64,000 nt of DNA from Eledone cirrhosa (taxonomy: Eukaryota). This document shows positions 49,601-63,100 of this stretch, piece by piece. A program made the position numbers and the translations under genes. How positions within the stretch are numbered: the first letter of the stretch is position 1; each line of letters begins with the position of its first letter. The notes under the pieces were generated by a model. The model saw only the letters and a list, made by a program, of their open reading frames with translations. It ran no database searches and was not told the origin of the DNA. Location of the stretch: the NCBI GenBank assembly GCA_964016885.1, contig OZ024742.1:375658001-375722000 (forward strand), read 5' to 3'.

Positions 49601-52600
49601 ACTAGAGAGCAGGGTGGTATGGATGGTCTCCTGTCTATCTAGACACTCACTAGAGAGCAGGGAGGTATGGAAGGTCTCCTGTCTATCTAGACACTCACTA
49701 GAGAGCAGGGAGGTATGGAAGGTCTCCTGTCTATCTAGACATTAACTAGAGAGCAGGGAGTTATGGAAGGTCTCCTGTCTGCCTAGACACTCACTAGAGA
49801 GCAGGCAGGTATGGAAGGTCTCCTGTCTATCTAGAAACTCACTAGAGTGCAGGGAGGTATGGAAGTTCTCCTGTCTATCTAGACACTCAGTAGAGAGCAG
49901 GGAGGTATGGAAGGTCTCCTGTCTATCTAGAAACTCACTAGAGTGCAGGGAGGTATGGAAGTTCTCCAGTCTATCTAGACACTCAGTAGAGAGCAGGAAG
50001 TTCTCCTGTCTATCTAGACACTCAGTAGAGAGCAGGGACGTATGGAAGGTCTCCTGACTATCTAGACACTCAGTAGAGAGTAGGGAGGTCTCCTGTCTAT
50101 CTAGACACTCACTAGAGAGCAGGGAGGTATGGAAGGTCTCCTGTCTATCTAGACAGTCAGTAGAGCGCAGGGAGGTATGGAAGGTCTCCTGCCTATCCAG
50201 ACACTCACTAGAGAGTACGGGGGTATAGAAGGTATCCTGTCTATCTAGACACTCAGTAGAGAGCAGGGAGGTATGTAAGGTTTCCTGTCTATCTAGACAC
50301 TCACTAGAGAGTAGGGAGATAAGGAAGGTCTCCTGTCTATCTAGACACTCAGTAGAGAGCAGGAAGGTCTCCTGTCTATCTAGACACTCAGTAGAGAGCA
50401 GGAAGGTCTCCTGTCTATCTAGACACTGAGAAGAGAGCAGGGAGGTATGGAAGTTCTCCTGTTTATCCAGAGACTCACTAGAGAGCAGGGACGTATGAAA
50501 GCTCTCCTGTCTATCTAGACACTCAGTAGAGAATAGGGAGGTATGGATGGTCTCCTGTCTAGTCTAGACACTCACTAGAGAGCATGGAGGTATGGAAGGT
50601 CTCCTGTCTATCTAGACACTCACTAGAGAGCAAGGAGGTATGGAAGGTCTCCTGTCTGTCTAGACACTCACTAGAGAGCAGGCAGGTATGGAAGGTCTCC
50701 TGTCTATCTAGACACTCACTAGAGAGCAGGGACGTATGGAAGGTCTCCTGTCTATCTAGACACTCAGTAGAAAGCAGGGAGATATGGAAGGTCTCCTGTC
50801 TATCTAGAGATTCACTAGAGAGCAGGGAGGTATGGAAGGTCTCCTGTCTATCTAGACACTCAGGAGAGCAGGGAGATATGGAAGGTCTCCTGTCTATCTA
50901 GACACTCACTAGAGAGCAGGGAGATATGGAAGGTCTCCTGTCTATCTAGATACTCACTAGAGAGCAGGGATGTATGGAAGGTCTCCTGTCTATCTAGACA
51001 CTCAGGAGAGCAGGGAGATATGGAAAGTCTCCTGTCTATCTAGACACTCACTAGAGAGCAGGGAGGTATGGAAGGTCTCCTGTCTATCTAGACACTCAGG
51101 AGAGCAGGGAGATATGGAAGGTCTCCTGTCTATCTAGACACTCACTAGAGAGCAGGGAGATATGGAAGGTCTCCTGTCTATCTAGACACTCACTAGAGAG
51201 CAGGGATGTATGGAAAGTCTCCTGTCTATCTAGACACTCAGGAGAGCAGGGAGATATGGAAGGTCTCCTGTCTATCTAGACACTCACTAGAGAGCAAGGA
51301 GGTATGGAAGGTCTGTCTATCTAGACACTCACTAGAGAGCAGGGATGTATGGAAAGTCTCCTGTCTATCTAGACACTCAGGAGAGCAGGGAGATATGGAA
51401 GGTCTCCTGTCTATCTAGACACTCACTAGAGAGCAGGGAGGTATGGAAGGTCTCCTGTCTGTCTAGACACTCAGTAGAGAGCAGGGAGGTATGGAAGGTC
51501 TCCTGCCTATCTAGAAACTCACTAGAGAGCAGGGAGGTATGGAAGTTCCCCTGTCTAGCTAGACACTGACTAGAGAGCAGGGAGGTATGGAAGGTCTCCT
51601 GTCTATCTAGACAATCAGTAGAGAGCAGGGAGATATGGAAGGTCTCCTGTCTATCTAGACACTCAGTAGAGAGCAGGGAGGTCTCCTGTGTATCTAGACA
51701 CTGAGTAGAGAGCAGGGAGGTATGGAAGTTCTCCTGTCTATCCAGACACTAAGGAGAGAGCAGGCAGGTATGGAAGGTCTCCTGTCTATCTAGACACTCA
51801 GTAGAGAGCAGGGAGGTATGGAAGGTCTCCCGACTATCTACACACCCAGTAGAGAGTAGGGAGGTCTCCTGTCTATCTAGACACTCAGAAGAGAGCAGAG
51901 AGGTATGGAAGGTCTCCTGTCTATCTAGACACTCAGGAGAGAGTAGGGAGATATGCAAGGCCTCCTGTCTATCTAGACACTCACTAGAGAGCAGGGAGAT
52001 ATGGAAGGTCTCCTGTCTATCTAGACACTCAGTAGAGAGCAGAGAGGTATGGAAGGTCTCCTGTCTATCCAGACACTCACTAGAGAGCAGGGAGGTATGG
52101 AAGGTCTCCTGTCTATCTAGACACTCAGTAGAGAGCAGGGAGGTACTGAAGATCTCCTGTCTATCGAGAGACTCACGAGAGAGCAGGGAGGTATGGAAGG
52201 TCTCCTGTCTATCTAGACACTCACTAGAGAGCAGGGAGGTATCGAAGGTCTCCTGTCTATCTAGACACTCAGTAGAGAGCAGGGAGGTATAGAATGTCTC
52301 CTGCCTATCTAGAAACTCACTAGAGAGCAGGGAGGTATGGAAGGTCTCCTATCTATCTAGACACTCACTAGAGAGCAGGGAGATATGCAAGGTCTCCTGT
52401 CTATCTAGACACTCACTAGAGAGCAGGGAGATATGGAAGGTCTCCTGTCTATTTAGACACTCAGGAGAGAGTAGGGAGATATGCAAGGTCTCCTGTCTAT
52501 CTAGACACTCACTAGAGAGCAGGGAGGTATGGAAGGTCTCCTGTCTATCTAGACACTCATTAGAGAGCAGGGACGTATGGAAGGTCTCCTGTCTATCTAG

Positions 52601-53450
52601 ACACTCAGTAGAAAGGAGGGAGGTACGGAAGGTCTCCTGTCTATCTAGACACTGAGAAGAGAGCAGGGAGGTATGGAAGGTCTCCTGTCTATCTAGACAC
52701 TCATGAGAGCAGGGAGATATGGAAGGTCTCCTGTCTATCTAGACACTCACTAGAGAGCAGGGAGGTATGGAAGGTCTCCTGTCTGTCTAGACACTCAGTA
52801 GAGAGCAGGGAGGTATGGAAGGTCTCCTGCCTATCTAGAAACTCACTAGAGAGCAGGGAGGTATGGAAGTTCTCCTGTCTGTCTAGACACTCACTAGAGA
52901 GCAGGGAGGTATGGAAGGTCTCCTGTCTATCTACACACCCAGTAGAGAGGAGGGAGGTATGTAAGGTCTCCCGTCTATCTAGACACTCAGTAGAGAGCAG
53001 GGAGATATGGAAGGTCTCCTGTCTACCTAGACACTCAGTAGAGAGCAGGGAGGTACGGAATGTATCCTGTCTATCTAGAGACTCACTAGAGAGCAGGGAG
53101 GTATGGAAGGTCTCCTGTCTATCTAGACATTCAGCAGAGAGCAGGGAGGTATGGAAGGTCTCCTGTCTACCTAGACACTCAGTAGAGAGCAGGGAGGTAC
53201 GGAATGTCTCCTGTCTATCTAGAGACTCACTAGAGAGCAGGGAGGTATGGAAGATCTCCTGTCTATCTAGACACTCGGTAGAGAGCAGGGTGGTATGGAA
53301 GGTCTCCTGTCTATCTAGACACTCAGTAGAGAGCAGGGAGGTATGGAAGGTCTCCTGTCTGTCTAGACACTCACTAGAGAGCAGGGTGGTATGGAAGGTC
53401 TCCTGTCTATCTAGAAACTCACTAGAGTGCAGGGAGGTATGGAAGGTCTC
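43700..53450. repeat. Higher-order duplication with ~5.27 kb period
   Basis: Identical ORF-track entries at 45312/50584 and 45934/51206 (offset 5272); 48009/53290 (offset 5281); marker TCTAGCCACTC at ~43886 and ~49158. Confidence 0.88.
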
Positions 53451-54999
53451 CTATCTATCTAGACACTCACTAGAGAGCAGGAAGTTCTCCTGTCTATCTA
53501 GACACTCAGTAGAGAGCAGGGAGGTATGGAAGGTCTCCCGACTATCTACACACCCAGTAGAGAGTAGGGAGGTCTCCTGTCTATCTAGACACTCAGAAGA
53601 GAGCAGAGAGGTATGGAAGGTCTCCTGTCTATCTAGACACTCAGGAGAGAGTAGGGAGATATGCAAGGCCTCCTGTCTATCTAGACACTCACTAGAGAGC
53701 AGGGAGATATGGAAGGTCTCCTGTCTATCTAGACACTCAGTAGAGAGCAGAGAGGTATGGAAGGTCTCCTGTCTATCCAGACACTCACTAGAGAGCAGGG
53801 AGGTATGGAAGGTCTCCTGTCTATCTAGACACTCAGTAGAGAGCAGGGAGGTACTGAAGATCTCCTGTCTATCGAGAGACTCACGAGAGAGCAGGGAGGT
53901 ATGGAAGGTCTCCTGTCTATCTAGACACTCACTAGAGAGCATGGAGGTATGGAAGGTCTCCTGTCTATCTAGACACTCAGTAGAGAGCAGGGAGGTATGG
54001 AAGGTCTCCTATCTATCTAGACACTCACTAGAGAGCAGGGAGATATGCAAGGTCTCCTGTCTATCTAGACACTCACTAGAGAGCAGGGAGGTATGGAAGG
54101 TCTCCTATCTATCTAGACACTCACTAGAGAGCAGGGAGATATGCAAGGTCTCCTGTCTATCTAGACACTCACTAGAGAGCAGGGAGGTATGGAAGGTCTC
54201 CTGTCTATCTAGACACTCATTAGAGAGCAGGGACGTATGGAAGGTCTCCTGTCTATCTAGACACTCAGTAGAAAGGAGGGAGGTACGGAAGGTCTCCTGT
54301 CTATCTAGACACTGAGAAGAGAGCAGGGAGGTATGGAAGGTCTCCTGTCTATCTAGACACTCATGAGAGCAGGGAGATATGGAAGGTCTCCTGTCTATCT
54401 AGACACTCACTAGAGAGCAGGGAGGTATGGAAGGTCTCCTGTCTGTCTAGACACTCAGTAGAGAGCAGGGAGGTATGGAAGGTCTCCTGCCTATCTAGAA
54501 ACTCACTAGAGAGCAGGGAGGTATGGAAGGTCTCCTGTCTATCTACACACCCAGTAGAGAGGAGGGAGGTATGTAAGGTCTCCCGTCTATCTAGACACTC
54601 AGTAGAGAGCAGGGAGATATGGAAGGTCTCCTGTCTACCTAGACACTCAGTAGAGAGCAGGGAGGTACGGAATGTATCCTGTCTATCTAGAGACTCACTA
54701 GAGAGCAGGGAGGTATGGAAGGTCTCCTGTCTATCTAGACATTCAGCAGAGAGCAGGGAGGTATGGAAGGTCTCCTGTCTACCTAGACACTCAGTAGAGA
54801 GCAGGGAGGTACGGAATGTCTCCTGTCTATCTAGAGACTCACTAGAGAGCAGGGAGGTATGGAAGATCTCCTGTCTATCTAGACACTCGGTAGAGAGCAG
54901 GGTGGTATGGAAGGTCTCCTGTCTATCTAGACACTCAGTAGAGAGCAGGGAGGTATGGAAGGTCTCCTGTCTGTCTAGACACTCACTAGAGAGCAGGGT

Positions 55000-57900
55000 G
55001 GTATGGAAGGTCTCCTGTCTATCTAGAAACTCACTAGAGTGCAGGGAGGTATGGAAGGTCTCCTGTCTATCTAGACACTCAGTAGAGAGCAGGGTGGTAT
55101 GGAAGGTCTCCTGTCTATCTAGAGACTCACTAGAGAGCAGGGAGGTATGGAAGGTCTCCTGTCTATCTAGACACTCACTAGAGAGCAGGGAGGTATGGAA
55201 GGTCTCCTGTCTATCTAGACATTAACTAGAGAGCAGGGAGGTATGGAAGGTCTCCTGTCTGCCTAGACACTCACTAGAGAGCAGGCAGGTATGGAAGGTC
55301 TCCTGTCTATCTAGAAACTCACTAGAGTGCAGGGAGGTATGAAAAGTCTCCTGTCTATCTAGACACTCAGTAGAGAGCAGGGAGGTATGGAAGGTCTCCT
55401 GTCTATCTAGAAACTCACTAGAGTGCAGGGAGGTATGGAAGTTCTCCAGTCTGTCTAGACACTCAGTAGAGAGCAGGAAGTTCTCCTGTCTATCTAGACA
55501 CTCAGTAGAGAGCAGGGACGTATGGAAGGTCTCCTGACTATCTAGACACTCAGTAGAGAGCAGGGAGGTATGGAAGTTCTCCTGTCTATCTAGACACTCA
55601 CTAGAGAGCAGGGAGGTATGGAAGGTCTCCTGTCTATCTAGACACTCACTAGAGAGCAGGGAGGTATGGAAGGTCTTCTGTCTATCCAGATACTCACTAG
55701 AGAGTACGGGGGTATAGAAGGTATCCTGTCTACCTAGACACTCAGTAGAGAGCAGGGAGGTATGTAAGGTTTCCTGTCTATCTAGACACTCACTAGAGAG
55801 TAGGGAGATAAGGAAGGTCTCCTGTCTATCTAGACACTCAGTAGAGAGCAGGAAGGTCTCCTGTCTATCTAGACACTCAGTAGAGAGCAGGAAGGTCTCC
55901 TGTCTATATAGACACTGAGTAGAGAGCAGGGAGGTATGGAAGTTCTCCTGTCTATCCAGACACTCACTAGAGAGCAGGGACGTATGGAAGGTCTCCTGTC
56001 TATCTAGACACTCAGTAGAGAATAGGGAGGTATGGATGGTCTCCTGTCTAGTCTAGACACTCACTAGAGAGCATGGAGGTATGGAAGGTCTCCTGTCTAT
56101 CTAGACACTCACTAGAGGCAGGGTGGTATGGATGGTCTCCTGTCTATCTAGACACTCACTAGAGAGCATGGAGGTATGGAAGGTCTCCTGTCTGTCTAGA
56201 CACTCACTAGAGAGCAGGCAGGTATGGAAGGTCTCCTGTCTATCTAGACACTCACTAGAGAACAGGGACGTATGGAAGGTCTCCTGTCTATCTAGACACT
56301 CAGTAGAGAATAAGGAGGTATGGATGGTTTCCTGTCTATCTAGACACTCACTAGAGAGCACGGAGGTATGGAAGGTCTCCTGTCTATCTAGACATTCACT
56401 AGAGAGCATGGAGGTATGGAAGGTCTCCTGTCTGTCTAGACACTCACTAGAGAGCAGGCAGGTATGGAAGGTCTCCTGTCTATCTAGACACTCACTAGAG
56501 AGCAGGGACGTATGGATGGTCTCCTGTCTATCTAGACACTCAGCAGAAAGCAGAGAGGTACGGAAGGTCTCCTGTCTATCTAGACACTCACTAGAGAGCA
56601 GGGAGGTATGGAAGTTCTCATGTCTATCTAGACACTCACTAGAGAGCAGGGAGGTATGGAAGGTCTCCTGTCTATCTAAACACCCAGTAGAGAGGAGGGA
56701 GGTATGTAAGGTCTCCTGTCTATCTAGACAATCAGTAGAGAGCAGGGAGATATGGAAGGTCTCCTGTCTATCTAGACACTCAGTAGAGAGCAGGGAGGTC
56801 TCCTGTCTATCTAGACACTGAGTAGAGAGCAGGGAGGTATGGAAGTTATCCTGTCTATCCAGACACTAAGGAGAGAGCAGGCAGGTATGGAAGGTCTCCT
56901 GTCTATCTAGACACTCAGGAGAGCAGGGAGATACGGAAGGTCTCCTGTCTATCTAGACACTCACTAGAGAGCAGGCAGGTACGGAAGGTCTCCTGTCTAT
57001 CTAGACACTCACTAGAGAGCAGGGAGATACGGAAGGTCTCCTGTCTATCTAGACACTCACTAGAGAGCAGGGAGGTACGCAAAGTCTCCTGTCTATCTAG
57101 ACACTCACTAGAGAGCAGGGAGGTATGGAAGGTCTCCTGTCTATCCAGACACTCACTAGAGAGCAGGGAGATATGGAAGGTCTCCTGTCTATCTAGACAC
57201 TCACTAGAGAGCAGGGAGGTATGGAAGGTCTCCTGTCTATCCAGACACTCACTAGAGAGCAGGGAGATACGGAAGGTCTCCTGTCTATCTAGACACTCAC
57301 TAGAGAGCAGGGAGGTATGGAAGGTCTCCCGACTATCTACACACCCAGTAGAGAGGAGGGAGGTATGTAAGGTCTCCTGTCTATCTAGACACTCAGTAGA
57401 GAGTAGGGAGGTCTCCTGTCTATCTAGACACTCACTAGAGAGCAGGGAGGTATGGAAGGTCTCCTGTCTATCTAGACAATCAGAAGAGAGCAGAGAGGTA
57501 TGGAAGGTCTCCTGTCTATCTAGACACTCAGGAGAGAGTAGGGAGATATGGAAGGTCTCCTGTCTATCTAGACACTCACTAGAGAGCAGGGTGGTATGGA
57601 AGGTCTCCTGTCTATCTAGAAACTCACTAGAGTGCAGGGAGGTATGGAAGGTCTCCTGTCTATCTAGACACTCAGTAGAGAGCAGGGTGGTATGGAAGGT
57701 CTCCTGTCTATCTAGAGACTCACTAGAGAGCAGGGAGGTATGGAAGGTCTCCTGTCTATCTAGACACTCACTAGAGAGCAGGGAGGTATGGAAGGTCTCC
57801 TGTCTATCTAGACATTAACTAGAGAGCAGGGAGGTATGGAAGGTCTCCTGTCTGCCTAGACACTCACTAGAGAGCAGGCAGGTATGGAAGGTCTCCTGTC

Positions 57901-60150
57901 TATCTAGAAACTCACTAGAGTGCAGGGAGGTATGAAAAGTCTCCTGTCTATCTAGACACTCAGTAGAGAGCAGGGAGGTATGGAAGGTCTCCTGTCTATC
58001 TAGAAACTCACTAGAGTGCAGGGAGGTATGGAAGTTCTCCAGTCTGTCTAGACACTCAGTAGAGAGCAGGAAGTTCTCCTGTCTATCTAGACACTCAGTA
58101 GAGAGCAGGGACGTATGGAAGGTCTCCTGACTATCTAGACACTCAGTAGAGAGCAGGGAGGTATGGAAGTTCTCCTGTCTATCTAGACACTCACTAGAGA
58201 GCAGGGAGGTATGGAAGGTCTCCTGTCTATCTAGACACTCACTAGAGAGCAGGGAGGTATGGAAGGTCTTCTGTCTATCCAGATACTCACTAGAGAGTAC
58301 GGGGGTATAGAAGGTATCCTGTCTACCTAGACACTCAGTAGAGAGCAGGGAGGTATGTAAGGTTTCCTGTCTATCTAGACACTCACTAGAGAGTAGGGAG
58401 ATAAGGAAGGTCTCCTGTCTATCTAGACACTCAGTAGAGAGCAGGAAGGTCTCCTGTCTATCTAGACACTCAGTAGAGAGCAGGAAGGTCTCCTGTCTAT
58501 ATAGACACTGAGTAGAGAGCAGGGAGGTATGGAAGTTCTCCTGTCTATCCAGACACTCACTAGAGAGCAGGGACGTATGGAAGGTCTCCTGTCTATCTAG
58601 ACACTCAGTAGAGAATAGGGAGGTATGGATGGTCTCCTGTCTAGTCTAGACACTCACTAGAGAGCATGGAGGTATGGAAGGTCTCCTGTCTATCTAGACA
58701 CTCACTAGAGGCAGGGTGGTATGGATGGTCTCCTGTCTATCTAGACACTCACTAGAGAGCATGGAGGTATGGAAGGTCTCCTGTCTGTCTAGACACTCAC
58801 TAGAGAGCAGGCAGGTATGGAAGGTCTCCTGTCTATCTAGACACTCACTAGAGAACAGGGACGTATGGAAGGTCTCCTGTCTATCTAGACACTCAGTAGA
58901 GAATAAGGAGGTATGGATGGTCTCCTGTCTATCTAGACACTCACTAGAGAGCACGGAGGTATGGAAGGTCTCCTGTCTATCTAGACATTCACTAGAGAGC
59001 ATGGAGGTATGGAAGGTCTCCTGTCTGTCTAGACACTCACTAGAGAGCAGGCAGGTATGGAAGGTCTCCTGTCTATCTAGACACTCACTAGAGAGCAGGG
59101 ACGTATGGATGGTCTCCTGTCTATCTAGACACTCAGCAGAAAGCAGAGAGGTACGGAAGGTCTCCTGTCTATCTAGACACTCACTAGAGAGCAGGGAGGT
59201 ATGGAAGTTCTCATGTCTATCTAGACACTCACTAGAGAGCAGGGAGGTATGGAAGGTCTCCTGTCTATCTAAACACCCAGTAGAGAGGAGGGAGGTATGT
59301 AAGGTCTCCTGTCTATCTAGACAATCAGTAGAGAGCAGGGAGATATGGAAGGTCTCCTGTCTATCTAGACACTCAGTAGAGAGCAGGGAGGTCTCCTGTC
59401 TATCTAGACACTGAGTAGAGAGCAGGGAGGTATGGAAGTTATCCTGTCTATCCAGACACTAAGGAGAGAGCAGGCAGGTATGGAAGGTCTCCTGTCTATC
59501 TAGACACTCAGGAGAGCAGGGAGATACGGAAGGTCTCCTGTCTATCTAGACACTCACTAGAGAGCAGGCAGGTACGGAAGGTCTCCTGTCTATCTAGACA
59601 CTCACTAGAGAGCAGGGAGATACGGAAGGTCTCCTGTCTATCTAGACACTCACTAGAGAGCAGGGAGGTACGCAAGGTCTCCTGTCTATCTAGACACTCA
59701 CTAGAGAGCAGGGAGGTATGGAAGGTCTCCTGTCTATCCAGACACTCACTAGAGAGCAGGGAGATATGGAAGGTCTCCTGTCTATCTAGACACTCACTAG
59801 AGAGCAGGGAGGTATGGAAGGTCTCCTGTCTATCCAGACACTCACTAGAGAGCAGGGAGATACGGAAGGTCTCCTGTCTATCTAGACACTCACTAGAGAG
59901 CAGGGAGGTATGGAAGGTCTCCCGACTATCTACACACCCAGTAGAGAGGAGGGAGGTATGTAAGGTCTCCTGTCTATCTAGACACTCAGTAGAGAGTAGG
60001 GAGGTCTCCTGTCTATCTAGACACTCACTAGAGAGCAGGGAGGTATGGAAGGTCTCCTGTCTATCTAGACAATCAGAAGAGAGCAGAGAGGTATGGAAGG
60101 TCTCCTGTCTATCTAGACACTCAGGAGAGAGTAGGGAGATATGGAAGGTC
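55000..60150. repeat. Higher-order duplication with 2593-bp period
   Basis: Identical ORF-track entries at 56101/58694 and 56123/58716. Confidence 0.88.
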
Positions 60151-63100
60151 TCCTGTCTATCTAGACACTCACTAGAGAGCAGGGAGGTATGGAAGGTCTC
60201 CTGTCTATCTAGACACTCAGTAGAGAGCAGGGAGATATGGAAGGTCTCCTGTCTATCTAGACACTCACTAGAGAGCAGGGAGGTATGGAAGGTCTCCTGT
60301 CTATCTAAACACTCAGTGGAGAGCAGGGAGGTATGGAAGGTCTCCTGCCTATCTAGAAACTCACTAGAGAGGAGGGAGGTATGGAAGTTCTCCTGTCTAT
60401 CTAGACACTCACTAGAGAGCAAGGAGGTATGGAAGGTCTCCTGTCTATCTAGACTCTCAGTAGAGAGCAGGGAGGTCTCCTGTCTATCTACACACTCAGT
60501 AGAGAGCAGGGAGGTACGGAAGGTCTCCTGTCTATCTAGAGACTCACTAGAGAGCAGGAAGGTATGGAAGGTCTCCTGTCTATCTAGACACTCAGGAGAG
60601 CAGGGAGATATGGAAGGTCTCCTGTCTATCTAGACACTCACTAGAGAGCAGGGAGGTATGGAAGGTCTCCTGTCTATCTAGACACTCAGTAGAGAGCAGG
60701 GAGGTATGGAAGGTCTCCTGCCTATCTAGAAACTCACTAGAGAGCAGGGAGGTATGGAAGTTCTCCTGTCTATCTAGACACTCACTAGAGAGCAGGGAGG
60801 TATGGAAGGTCTCCTGTCTATCTACACACCCAGTAGAGAGGAGGGAGGTATGTAAGGTCTCCTGCCTATCTAGACACTCAGTAGAGAGTAGGGAGGTCTC
60901 CTGTCTATCTAGACACTCACTAGAGAGCAGGGAGGTATGGAAGGTCTCCTGTCTATCTAGACACTCAGAAGAGAGCAGAGAGGTATGGAAGGTCTCCTGT
61001 CTATCTAGACACTCACTAGAGAGCAGGGAGGTATGGAAGGTCTCCTGTCTATCTAGACACTCAGGAGAGAGCAGGGAGGTATGGAAGGTCTCCTGTCTAT
61101 CTACACACCCAGTAGAGAGGAGGGAGGTATGTAAGGTCTCCTGCCTATCTAGACACTCAGTAGAGAGTAGGGAGGTCTCCTGTCTATCTAGACACTCACT
61201 AGAGAGCAGGGAGGTACGGAAGGTCTCCTGTCTATCTAGACACTCAGAAGAGAGCAGAGAGGTATGGAAGGTCTCCTGTCTATCTAGACACTCACTAGAG
61301 AGTACGGGGGTATAGAAGGTATCCTGTCTACCTAGACACTCAGTAGAGAGCAGGGAGGTATGGAAGGTCTCCTGTCTATCTAGACACTCAGTAGAGAGTA
61401 GGGAGGTCTCCTGTCTATCTAGACACTCAGTAGAGAGCAGGGACGTATGGAAGGTCTCCTGACTATCTACACACCCAGTAGAGAGGAGGGAGGTATGTAA
61501 GGTCTCCTGTCTATCTAGACACTCAGTAGAGAATAGGGAGGTCTCCTGTCTATCTAGACACTCACTAGAGAGCAGGGAGGTATGGAAGGTCTCCTGTCTA
61601 TCTAGACAGTCAGTAGAGCGCAGGGAGGTACGGAAGTTCTCCTGTCTATCTAGAAACTCACTAGAGAGTACGGGGGTATAGAAGGTATCCTGTCTATATA
61701 GACACTCAGTAGAGAGCAGGGAGGTATGTAAGATTTCCTGTCTATCTAGACACTCACTAGAGAGTAGGGAGATAAGGAAGGTCTCCTGTCTATCTAGACA
61801 CTCAGTAGAGAGCAGGAAGGTCTCCTGTCTATCTAGACACTGAGTAGAGAGCAGGGAGGTATGGAAGTTCTCCTGTCTATCCAGACACTCACTAGAGAGC
61901 AGGGACGTATGGAAGGTCTCCTGTCTATCTAGACACTCAGTAGAAAGCAGGGAGGTACGGAAGGTCTCCTGTCTATCTAGAGACTCACTAGAGAGCAGGG
62001 AGGTATGGAAGGTCTCCTGTCTATCTAGACACTCAGGAGAGCAGGGAGATTTGGAAGGTCTCCTGTCTATCTAGACACTCACTAGAGAGTAGGGAGGTAT
62101 GGAAGGTCTCCTGTCTGTCTAGACACTCAGTAGAGAGCAGGGAGGTATGGAAGGTCTCCTGCCTATCTAGAAACTCACTAGAGAGCAGGGAGGTATGGAA
62201 GTTCTCCTGTCTATCCAGACACCCACTAGAGAGCAGGGAGGTATGGAAGGTCTCCTGTCTATCTAGACACTCAGGAGAGCAGGGAGATTTGGAAGGTCTC
62301 CTGTCTATCTAGACACCCACTAGAGAGTAGGGAGGTATGGAAGGTCTCCTGTCTGTCTAGACACTCAGTAGAGAGCAGGGAGGTATGGAAGGTCTCCTGC
62401 CTATCTAGAAACTCACTAGAGAGCAGGGAGGTATGGAAGGTCTCCTGTCTATCTAGACACTCAGGAGAGAGCAGGGAGGTATGGAAGGTCTCCTGTCTAT
62501 CTACACACCCAGTAGAGAGGAGGGAGGTATGTAAGGTCTCCTGCCTATCTAGACACTCAGTAGAGAGTAGGGAGGTCTCCTGTCTATCTAGACACTCACT
62601 AGAGAGCAGGGAGGTACGGAAGGTCTCCTGTCTATCTAGACACTCAGAAGAGAGCAGAGAGGTATGGAAGGTCTCCTGTCTATCTAGACACTCACTAGAG
62701 AGTACGGGGGTATGTAAGGTCTCCTGTCTATCTAGACACTCAGTAGAGAGTAGGGAGGTCTCCTGTCTATCTAGACACTCACTAGAGAGCAGGGAGGTAT
62801 GGAAGGTCTCCTGTCTATCTAGACAATCAGAAGAGAGCAGAGAGGTATGGAAGGTCTCCTGTCTATCTAGACACTCAGGAGAGAGTAGGGAGATATGGAA
62901 GGTCTCCTGTCTATCTAGACACTCACTAGAGAGCAGGGAGGTATGGAAGGTCTCCTGTCTATCTAGACACTCAGTAGAGAGCAGGGAGATATGGAAGGTC
63001 TCCTGTCTATCTAGACACTCACTAGAGAGCAGGGAGGTATGGAAGGTCTCCTGTCTATCTAAACACTCAGTGGAGAGCAGGGAGGTATGGAAGGTCTCCT

